DNA of 50,727 nucleotides from an uncultured Anaerolineales bacterium. GTDB taxonomy: Bacteria > Planctomycetota > Phycisphaerae > FEN-1346. A program made the position numbers and the translations under genes. Position 1 is the first letter of the stretch. Each line of letters begins with the position of its first letter. This document shows positions 41,501 through 47,550 of this stretch, in pieces. The DNA lies in the NCBI GenBank assembly GCA_964437855.1, contig CAYTJE010000002.1, positions 1 through 50,727 on the forward strand, written 5' to 3'. The notes below the pieces were generated by a model that did no database searches, had not been told where the DNA came from, and worked only from the letters and a program-made list of their open reading frames with translations.

Positions 41501-42374
41501 CTTGCCAACCGACAACGACTCTAGCGCGGTGGGCCGTCTTGCCCACCGCGCGGTGCCCACGACGGGGCACCGCGCCACGGCCTTCGTGGATGATGGTGAA
41601 GTTGACAAAGTCGCCGTAAGCGGCGCCGCCGCGGCGGCCGGGCCGCCGCCCAGCATCCCGGCCACGGCGCTGGCCGAGTACCGCCGGTGCCCGCGACGGT
41701 ACTGGTGGAAACAGGTCCTGGGCCTGGATGCGACGGGTCCCTCGCGGCGGGGCGAATTGTCGGCCGCCGAGTGGGGCACCCTGTGTCACCGGGCGATAGA
41801 GGCGGCCGAGGAGCCGTCGGAGGCGGCGATCACTTCGGCCGTCGAGACGGCCCTTCGCGAAACGGATGCGCCGGCCGCCGACCGCGAGGGCCTGCGCCGG
41901 CGGCTGCTCGAGACGGTCCGCGGCTTCTGGCACGGCCCGCTCGGCCCGCGCGTGGCGGCGGCCCGGCGCGTCTTCCGCGAGATGCCCTTCGCCATGACGC
42001 TCGCGGAAACGGAGGTCCACGGCACGATGGACCTGCTGCTGGAGGAGCCGCCGGGCACGTGGGAGGTCGTGGATTACAAAACGGGGCCGCCGCCGGAACC
42101 CGGCGACGCACTCCAGGATGCCTACGCCCTCCAGTTAGGCCTGTACGCCGCGGCGGCGGGGCGATGGCTCGGCCGGCCGCCCGCACGCTGGGGCATCTAT
42201 TACCTCGAACGAGACGTCTATCAGCCGCACGACGTGACCGGGCAGGACCTCGACCGGACCGTCCGGGACGCCGAAGAAATCCTGGCACGGCTTGCCATAA
42301 AACGCTATGATTCTATAAACGAGTCGGCGTGCCGGACGTGCGATGTGCGGACCGTTTGTCGTGCCGACTCTTAA
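38592..42374 (+). CDS. addA: AddA/UvrD-type helicase-nuclease subunit
   Basis: 1260 aa from the ATG at 38592, which overlaps the addB stop (ATGA). Has Walker A SGAGCGKT, LVDELQDTN (motif II), YVATTRAKDYL (motif VI) and a C-terminal PD-(D/E)XK domain (GTMDLLLEE..VVDYKTG..YALQLGLY). The ORF-track ORF 36687..42374 is trimmed. Confidence 0.85.
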   Translation: MSPLTDSQRHVVTHLDANFCVTSGAGCGKTRVLVERYMHVLEQKPDVPLSALAAITFTEKAAAQMRDRIRAACRDHIAAARLDRDAVRLGRWRQRYWDVDIAPINTIHGFCGSLLRQWPIEAGVDPQFTTLDETAATFLRQDVVAATLERLLEAEDADLLAVLEHLRLAEARSVLDDCLSGRREVLRRVAGPVMAMTDEAILARVQKRVDEIVLARLRGIAESPALREAEAALARVAGEEEDKLEAIRRRALDQLNRLRGARTAQIARAAAADLVGAVNLRCGSAKRWPSEETLEAAKDGLKALREPLKAALDDLPVFEETREREHLALARALYRTMGRVLESYEAAKRERSALDFEDLQIRARDLLRDHPRVRDACRRRFRAVLVDELQDTNFLQFEIVDLLTTEPGAAGQGGPLRPGALFAVGDPKQSIYRFRGAEVEVFERALGRVPEAGRRGLEQSFRLHPGTAALVNQVFAPLMGEAYEPVRGAAPQANETVAEVLHVVNPDGETGYRAAEGITAEARTLAARLSRIVSRGEVQVTDGPSGSARPVGWGDIALLLRRTTHLHLYEEALEAEGVPYYVVAGRGFYKQQEVLDVVHLLRVLQDPADDLPLAGVLRSPFFAVSDEGLFRLKRLAPTLHEGLERIGEAETLDPDDRRGLERAARLLPRWAAMKDRLGLARLVETVAFESGYAAGAVGRFGGARAYANLRQMVDLARQFERGGLWALGDFVEYVTDVMQNEMRAEQAPVEAPGTDAVRIMTIHKAKGLEFPVVVLPDLAQAASGRRRAWDIHPASGLAVRMRDDDSDRPTSAALALAHQEEADALEAESHRLFYVATTRAKDYLIFSAHQPYRTPRGRPWLADLLTGLGAAGTLLRHGSVRTGRAGKSAPALGTAAEVGKQVVPLASGGSVLVHVRRPPASRGTHGRRRRGPQDIFADGRVRWDRIRERAGRARSRGEAAVAQVRLLCQLLPTDNDSSAVGRLAHRAVPTTGHRATAFVDDGEVDKVAVSGAAAAAGPPPSIPATALAEYRRCPRRYWWKQVLGLDATGPSRRGELSAAEWGTLCHRAIEAAEEPSEAAITSAVETALRETDAPAADREGLRRRLLETVRGFWHGPLGPRVAAARRVFREMPFAMTLAETEVHGTMDLLLEEPPGTWEVVDYKTGPPPEPGDALQDAYALQLGLYAAAAGRWLGRPPARWGIYYLERDVYQPHDVTGQDLDRTVRDAEEILARLAIKRYDSINESACRTCDVRTVCRADS
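41207..41247 (+). repeat. REP-family element (ACCCTTTTACGGCACGGGTCCGTACGGACGGGCCGCGC) inside the addA ORF
   Basis: Near-identical to the intergenic copy at 42958-42998. Translated in frame as LLRHGSVRTGRA. Confidence 0.8.
41524..41551 (+). repeat. REP hairpin (GCGCGGTGGG-CCGTCTTG-CCCACCGCGC) inside the addA ORF
   Basis: Perfect 10-bp arms, preceded by GACAACGACTCTAGC, which resembles the CTACAACGCTAAG terminus of the intergenic units. Confidence 0.8.
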
Positions 42375-42407
42375 TCGAAACCCTGAGTTCAGAAAGGGGG
42401 GAGGTGG

Positions 42408-42926
42408 ATGACGTACGACTTCTCGATCCTTCGCCAACTGCGGAAGAAGCGCAAACTGACCATTGCCAGGCTGAGCGAGATGTGCGGCGTCAGTTACGTC
42501 GCGATCTCCAAACTCGAACGCAGCCAGGGCAACCCCGAACTCAAGACCCTCGACCGTATCAGCGAAGCCCTGGAACTGCCGACGCACAACCTCCTGGCCC
42601 TGGCCGAACAGAAGCGGCCGACCCGCGCCAAGGAAGCCACCAAGAAGGTCCTGGAGACGGGTACCTGCCGGCGCGTGAACCTGGACGGCATACGCATCGT
42701 TTACATCACGGCGCCCAAGGGGGCGCACGGCCTGGAGCCCGACTTCCACAAAGACGACTACGAGCACTGCTACGTCCTGAGCGGGAAGGTCAGGGTCACC
42801 GTCCGCGGGTCGACCTACACGCTCGGCCCGGGCGACGCGCTGGCGTGGGACTGCTTCTTCGAGCACAACTACGAGGCGCTGAAGGACTCGGAGTTTATCG
42901 GGGTCCTGACGCCCAAGCGGCCGTAA
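42408..42926 (+). CDS. XRE-family HTH transcriptional regulator with a C-terminal cupin domain
   Basis: 172 aa. Has the HTH LTIARLSEMCGVSYVAISKLERSQGNP and a cupin-like C-terminus (HKDDYEHCYVLSGKVRV..GDALAWD). RBS GGGGGGAGG. Confidence 0.8.
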   Translation: MTYDFSILRQLRKKRKLTIARLSEMCGVSYVAISKLERSQGNPELKTLDRISEALELPTHNLLALAEQKRPTRAKEATKKVLETGTCRRVNLDGIRIVYITAPKGAHGLEPDFHKDDYEHCYVLSGKVRVTVRGSTYTLGPGDALAWDCFFEHNYEALKDSEFIGVLTPKRP

Positions 42927-42930
42927 GGGC

Positions 42931-43063
42931 CTACAACGCTACTTCCCGCGCGGCCCGTACCCTTTTACGGCACGGGTCCGTACGGACGGGCCGCGCAAGG
43001 CCAACATGGGCGGTTTCGGCGCGGTCCGTACGGACCGCGCGGAACGCCGACTTGGCGTTGTAG
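42931..43063 (+). repeat. Composite REP/BIME-like unit bounded by CTACAACGCTAC ... GGCGTTGTAG
   Basis: Contains the TTTTACGGCACGGGTCCGTACGGACGGG element, the spacer AAGGCCAACATGGGCGGTTTCG and hairpin GCGCGGTCCGTACGGACCGCGC. An inverted homologue lies at 20165-20278. Confidence 0.8.
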
Positions 43064-43082
43064 CGCCAAGCCCCCGTCCACC

Positions 43083-44111
43083 TCACGGGCGGATGGCCGG
43101 CAGGCGGTAGACCTTCATCTTGTTGCCGCCGAAGAGCCGGATGCACGCCGTGTCGCCGTCCTCGCCTTCCGGGAAGACCCCGCGGTACGCCTCGCTCGCC
43201 AGCAGCCGCTCCTGGCCTCGCCGCGCCACACCGGCCGGCGCCACGGGAACCCAGACGGCTTCCGCCGCCTCCTTGTCGATGCGGACCAGGTGGTAGGCCA
43301 TCGGCCAGACGCTGAGGCTCGGCGAGGCCACGTAGACGATGCGTCCGGCGATGCGGCCGCCGGCAAAGTGGTGATGCGCCGTCACCACCATCACGACGTT
43401 CGGGTGCCGCTTCAGCACCTCGCGGACCTCGGCCGCGTTATCCACCAGCAGATGCTGCCACGCCGACCCCTCGTCCAGGGGATGGAGCGGCACGAGGCCG
43501 TGATGCGCCACGACGAGCACCATCTTGCCGGCGTGTCGGCCCAGCGCGCGGTCCAGCCACGCCAGTTGCCGGGCGTCCACGTGACCGGCCCGCCGGCCGG
43601 GACTGACGGTGTCGAGCCCGACGAGCACCACGCCGGGCCGGATCTCTTCGGCCCAGTAGCCGTCCGGACCCGACGGGCCGTGACCCTGGAACGTCCAGAG
43701 GACGGTGCTCCGGCTGGCGCCGCCGGCTTCTTCGGAGGACGGCGGCCCACCCCTCTCCTCCGGCCCGACGGGCGTCGGGCCGTCGTGTTCGCCCAGCACC
43801 ACGTAGTACGGCACGCGGAGTTCGTCGAGGATCGCCCGGGCCCGGTCGAGGCTGAGCGGTTCGGCCCGGGCCAGCAGGTCGCCGGCCACGATGACGGCAT
43901 CCACGCCTTGACGGCGGTTGAGGTCTTGGACGGCCCGTTGCAGCAGGCGCTCCGATTCCTCCACCAGCGCCGGCTCGACCCGCACGTCGCCCCGGGCCGA
44001 GTAATACGCCCCCGCCAGGACCGCACAGGTGACGGGCGGCCGGGGCACCGCCGGCGTGCAGCCCGCCGCCGCCGTCGCCGCAACCATCAGCGCGAGTACC
44101 GTTCGCCGCAT
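43083..44111 (-). CDS. Lipoprotein metallophosphoesterase (calcineurin-like)
   Basis: 342 aa from the ATG at 44111 (RBS GGAGA). Has the lipobox-type signal LMVAATAAAGC and metallophosphatase motifs VIVAGDLL, LGEHDG, VVAHHG and TAHHHF. Confidence 0.8.
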   Translation of the reverse strand: MRRTVLALMVAATAAAGCTPAVPRPPVTCAVLAGAYYSARGDVRVEPALVEESERLLQRAVQDLNRRQGVDAVIVAGDLLARAEPLSLDRARAILDELRVPYYVVLGEHDGPTPVGPEERGGPPSSEEAGGASRSTVLWTFQGHGPSGPDGYWAEEIRPGVVLVGLDTVSPGRRAGHVDARQLAWLDRALGRHAGKMVLVVAHHGLVPLHPLDEGSAWQHLLVDNAAEVREVLKRHPNVVMVVTAHHHFAGGRIAGRIVYVASPSLSVWPMAYHLVRIDKEAAEAVWVPVAPAGVARRGQERLLASEAYRGVFPEGEDGDTACIRLFGGNKMKVYRLPAIRP

Positions 44112-44144
44112 TCGCACGTCTCCGGAAACCCAAACAGCCGCGGC

Positions 44145-44173
44145 ATTATACCGCGGCCACGGGGTCGTGCCAG
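44145..44173 (-). promoter_or_regulatory. Candidate sigma-70 promoter (CTGGCA-N17-TATAAT) whose -10 sits in the loop of a 7-bp palindrome
   Basis: On the minus strand, TATAAT is at 44150..44145. It is flanked by GCCGCGG / CCGCGGC (44137-44157). Confidence 0.35.
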
Positions 44174-44249
44174 CGTCTATCGCGTCTTCTGTTTTCGCGG
44201 GCGGGCATGGGGCCCGCTTCTTGGCGCGAGTCGGTGCCCCACGCCCCTT

Positions 44250-44381
44250 GCGCGGCAGCCCCCCGCACCCGCCGCGCAAAACCCGCTACGTCCAGGCATG
44301 AGCGCGGTGGGCCAAGAAACCCACCGCGCAGAGACCTCTGCCTCCACGAGTGAGCGCGGTGGGTCTCCGTACCCACCGCGC
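44250..44381. repeat. REP array: three GCGCGG..CCGCGC hairpins, the last two in a 52-bp tandem duplication
   Basis: Hairpins at 44250-44277, 44302-44329 and 44354-44381. The last two share the flanks GAGCGCGGTGGG .. CCCACCGCGCAGAGACCT. Confidence 0.8.
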
Positions 44382-44390
44382 AGAGACCTT

Positions 44391-44533
44391 TATTGAGACC
44401 GGCAAAACCAATGGTACAAGAAAGGGGCCACGGTTTGCTTGTCAAACCGTGCGCCGCGGCCCCGGAATCACGGATTGCGAGCAATCCGTGGCACCCGCTG
44501 AAGGCTGCACCATTGGTTTTACCGGTCTCAATA
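44391..44533. mobile_element. 143-bp unit bounded by 25-bp inverted repeats (MITE-like or highly structured RNA) enclosing two 9-bp-stem hairpins
   Basis: TATTGAGACCGGCAAAACCAATGGT at 44391-44415 pairs with ACCATTGGTTTTACCGGTCTCAATA at 44509-44533, matching 24/25. Internal hairpins lie at 44429-44451 and 44469-44490. There is no coding capacity. Confidence 0.6.
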
Positions 44534-44581
44534 GCATTGCCGTGCCACCGGGCTCCGGAAAACGCCGCCCCGCCGACGTCG

Positions 44582-45280
44582 TTACCCGCCGCGGGCCAGG
44601 CTCTCGCGAAGCCGGCTGGTCCGCCCGAGCAGTTCGCCCCCGCACAGCCTTTCGACCAGGCGAGGCGGCAGCGGATCCGCCCGCGCAAGCAGCGTGAAGG
44701 TCGTTTCCAGGGGGCCCAGGTCGCGATGCCATGCCGGCCCGGCCCCGGAGCGGGCGCTGCTGAGGCGCTGGGCCAGGTCGAGTTTGCGGGTCTGGTCCCG
44801 CGCCCACGCCAGCCGCCGGCCCGTTTCCCCCCTTTCCACGTACACGAGGCGGACGAGCACGCGTTCCGCATCGGCCAGCACGGGCTCGGTCTGCCGGACC
44901 CATTGCCGACGAATGACCCAGTCCATGCCGGCCATGGCGATCAGGACCAGGCCGGCCGCCGCGCTCAAGGCCGCCAGCATCCGCCACGAACGGAGGCCGT
45001 CGCCGAAGAGCCGACGTTTGCCGGCCGCCACCCGCGCACGGAGAAACGCGCCGCGCCGCCCAAGGTCCCCCGTGACGCGCCGGGCCAGGTCCGGGACCTC
45101 GGCGGGCGGCCCGGCGTCGGCCCGGACGGCCTCGTCGACGGCCCGGAGCCGTTCGTGCCGCTCGGCGCAGCGCGGGCACCCCCGCAGGTGCTCGCGCAGC
45201 CGGCCCGCGGCGGCGCCGCTCAACTCGCCGTCCAGGTATCGGCTCAGTGCCTTGTCACTCGGACATGGACGCATAGGCAT
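44582..45280 (-). CDS. Anti-sigma factor (zf-HC2 putative zinc-finger type, single TM)
   Basis: 232 aa. N-terminal LSRYLDGELSGAAAGRLREHLRGCPRCAERHERL matches the H-x3-C-x2-C anti-sigma zinc motif. A TM segment AALSAAAGLVLIAMAG follows. Lies downstream of an ECF sigma gene. Confidence 0.7.
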   Translation of the reverse strand: MPMRPCPSDKALSRYLDGELSGAAAGRLREHLRGCPRCAERHERLRAVDEAVRADAGPPAEVPDLARRVTGDLGRRGAFLRARVAAGKRRLFGDGLRSWRMLAALSAAAGLVLIAMAGMDWVIRRQWVRQTEPVLADAERVLVRLVYVERGETGRRLAWARDQTRKLDLAQRLSSARSGAGPAWHRDLGPLETTFTLLARADPLPPRLVERLCGGELLGRTSRLRESLARGG

Positions 45281-45360
45281 TATCCATTTCCCGGCACCGG
45301 CGGGAGAAGATGACCCATCTTGTGATCACGGTGCCTCTGTCCTCCAGCGCCATCGCGTTC

Positions 45361-45382
45361 GGGCGGCCCGTACGGGCCGCGC
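45361..45382. repeat. REP-like palindrome GGGCGGCCCGTACGGGCCGCGC
   Basis: Lies between the ECF sigma and anti-sigma genes. Same core as at 13318, 15094 and 24117. Confidence 0.65.
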
Positions 45383-45430
45383 GGAATCCAGCGCGCCCCT
45401 CCGGGCGAAAGGCAGAGGTGCACCGCCGTG

Positions 45431-46186
45431 TCAGTCCGCGTGGTCGGCGTCCGCCCCGGCGTACATCTCCGCGAGGTAGTCGGCGGCGTGGCTCCGCTTC
45501 AGCGCGCCGAGCAGTTCCTGCCTGGCCCGGAACAGGCGGCTGCGAACCGCGCCGACCGAGATGCCGAGGGTCTCCGCCAGGTCCTCATACCTGAGGCCTT
45601 CCACCGTCCGCAGCAGGAGGACGCTCCGGAGTTTGGCAGGGAGCGTGTCGACGGCGGCGCGAACGGCGTCCATGGCCTCCCGGCCTTCGACGCGCCTCGA
45701 CGGGCGGACCACGCGCCGGGCAATCGGGTGTTCGCGCAGGGTCTTCAGACGCCGCCGACGGGCGTCCTCCTTACGCCAGTGGTCGATCACAAGGTTGCCG
45801 GCCACGCGGCGCAGCCACGGGCCGAGCCGTTCGGCCTCCTCGATGCGCCCCAGGTTCTGCCACAGCCGCAGGAATACCTCCTGCGATAGGTCCTCGGCCA
45901 CCGCGGGGCGCCGCACCATCCGCAAGACGAAACGGTACGTGGGCGCCTGGAACCGCCCGACGAGGGCGGCAAAGGCATCGGCGTCGCCGGCGCGGGACCG
46001 CTCCAGGAGCGACGCCGCCGTGGTTCGCCGCTCGCCGACGGCCTCGGCCAGCGCCGAGATCGGCGCGACGTCGGGGCCGGCCAGGGCGCCTGCCAGCGCT
46101 CGCACGGGCGTCTCCTCGCTGCGATGGGTATCCCGTACCATTGGACGGCCGCCCGGTCGGTTCGTTTCGGCAAATCCTGCTCCCAT
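45431..46186 (-). CDS. ECF-type RNA polymerase sigma factor (sigma-70 family group 4)
   Basis: Region 2 shows FAALVGRFQAPTYRFVLRMV..AEDLSQEVFLRLW. Region 4 shows LPAKLRSVLLLRTVEGLRYEDLAETLGISVGAVRSRLFRAR. The start is uncertain (46186 or the ATG at 46141). Confidence 0.85.
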   Translation of the reverse strand: MGAGFAETNRPGGRPMVRDTHRSEETPVRALAGALAGPDVAPISALAEAVGERRTTAASLLERSRAGDADAFAALVGRFQAPTYRFVLRMVRRPAVAEDLSQEVFLRLWQNLGRIEEAERLGPWLRRVAGNLVIDHWRKEDARRRRLKTLREHPIARRVVRPSRRVEGREAMDAVRAAVDTLPAKLRSVLLLRTVEGLRYEDLAETLGISVGAVRSRLFRARQELLGALKRSHAADYLAEMYAGADADHAD

Positions 46187-46225
46187 TCCTTTATACGAGC
46201 GAGCCGGCGGGCGGGGCGAGGGGTC

Positions 46226-46405
46226 TCACGACGACTCGCCGCCGGTTTCAGACGGCTTCTTCCGCCCGCCAGGGCCGCCCAGACGAACCACCGTTTCGGC
46301 CTTGTCGCGCAGGTCCTTGATCAGCATACATTCCCACTCGTTGAGCGTGATCAGCCCTTCGAGCCCGCGGACGATTTCCCGGGCCACCTCCTCGTCCTTC
46401 TGCAT
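46226..46405 (-). CDS. Small hypothetical protein (59 aa) upstream of the ECF sigma gene
   Basis: ATG at 46405 is preceded by AAAAAGGGGTGCGAGTC. I recognise no motifs. Coding status is uncertain. Confidence 0.3.
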   Translation of the reverse strand: MQKDEEVAREIVRGLEGLITLNEWECMLIKDLRDKAETVVRLGGPGGRKKPSETGGESS

Positions 46406-46424
46406 GACTCGCACCCCTTTTTGG

Positions 46425-46452
46425 TTGCACCCGGCGGACGGTCCTCTATAAT
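46425..46452 (+). promoter_or_regulatory. Candidate sigma-70 promoter for the XRE-S24 repressor gene (TTGCAC-N16-TATAAT)
   Basis: TTGCAC at 46425-46430 and consensus TATAAT at 46447-46452, about 117 nt upstream of the ATG at 46570. Confidence 0.4.
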
Positions 46453-46569
46453 TCACGGAACGGAATAACCACGGCCCCATCGTACGCGTAAGCGAACGAC
46501 TGTCAACCAAGTCTTCGCAGAAGCGAACGATTTCAGGGGCAGCAAGGGCCAAGTGAGGCGTCCAGCCGA

Positions 46570-47550
46570 ATGAGCGAGCCAGGCGGACAGGCGGACGTGT
46601 CGTCACGACTGCGAGGGCTTCGCGAACAGGTCTTCGGCCCTCGCGGACGGGCGGCGTTTGCGAGAGCCCTCGGCGTAAGTCCTTCCACGTACCACTATTA
46701 CGAAAAAGGGAGGCAACCGCCGGCCGACCTTCTGGCCCGGGCGGCCGAGGTCACGGGGGCCGACCTCCCGTGGCTGCTGACCGGCCGGGGGGCCCCCTTC
46801 CCCGCGGAGGCGGGCAAGGGGGGTGACACAACGCTGTCACACCCCGCCCAGGAAGCCCTCCGGCGTTTTGCCGAGGCCATCGGCGACACCGCCCGCGCGC
46901 CGGCCGCCCATGCCGCCGTCCGGAAACTGCTCCAGGAGGTGCAGCGCCGTGCCCCCTCGCCGGAAGGGCTCTGGCAGGCGCAGGCGTTCACGCCCGGGCC
47001 GACGACGATCCCGATCCTCGGCCGCACGGCCGCCGGGGTGCCCGCGTCCTGGCAGGCCTACTTTGCCGGGGACTCGGAGCCAGACACCCTGGGCGCGCTG
47101 CTGGCCCGGGTGGAACAGCGTCCCGCGAAGCGGTGCCCGGCCGAGGTCGCGGCCGCCGACCCGCAGGTGGAGTCCGCCACGCCGGCGGGCGCCCCGGCGA
47201 TGCTGATCCAGTTAACCGAGCCGACGCCCGACGGCGTCGCGGAGTTCCTGGACGTGCCCGCCCTCCGGCCCCTGGAACCGGGCACGTTTGCGCTCCGCGT
47301 GGACGGCGACAGCATGGCCCCCCGCATCCGCGACGGCGACATCGTCATCTCCCGGCGCGACGCCGCGCCGCGGCCCGGCCAGACGGCCATCGTCAAGATC
47401 CAGGGCCGCATCGGCGTCACCGTCAAACTGTGGCGCCCCGCGGCCGAGCGGGTCCACCTGGTGCCGATCAATGAAGCGTGTCCACAGAGTGCGCCGAGGC
47501 GGTCGGCGATCCTCTGGGCGTGCCGGGTCCTCTGGCTCGTCCGTCTCTAA
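46570..47550 (+). CDS. CI/LexA-like repressor: XRE-type HTH + S24 self-cleaving peptidase domain
   Basis: 326 aa. Has the HTH FARALGVSPSTYHYYEKGRQPPADLLARAAEVTGADLPWLLTG and the S24 domain LRVDGDSMAPRIRDGDIVI .. VKLW. G/C fills nearly every third codon position through to the stop. Confidence 0.8.
   Translation: MSEPGGQADVSSRLRGLREQVFGPRGRAAFARALGVSPSTYHYYEKGRQPPADLLARAAEVTGADLPWLLTGRGAPFPAEAGKGGDTTLSHPAQEALRRFAEAIGDTARAPAAHAAVRKLLQEVQRRAPSPEGLWQAQAFTPGPTTIPILGRTAAGVPASWQAYFAGDSEPDTLGALLARVEQRPAKRCPAEVAAADPQVESATPAGAPAMLIQLTEPTPDGVAEFLDVPALRPLEPGTFALRVDGDSMAPRIRDGDIVISRRDAAPRPGQTAIVKIQGRIGVTVKLWRPAAERVHLVPINEACPQSAPRRSAILWACRVLWLVRL

Noticed and set aside
46570-47550. The CI-like XRE-S24 repressor as a marker of a prophage or integrative element
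   Set aside because: There is no integrase, excisionase, or structural or replication phage gene, and no att-like direct repeats in the flanking 5 kb. The neighbours are an ECF sigma pair and envelope proteins.
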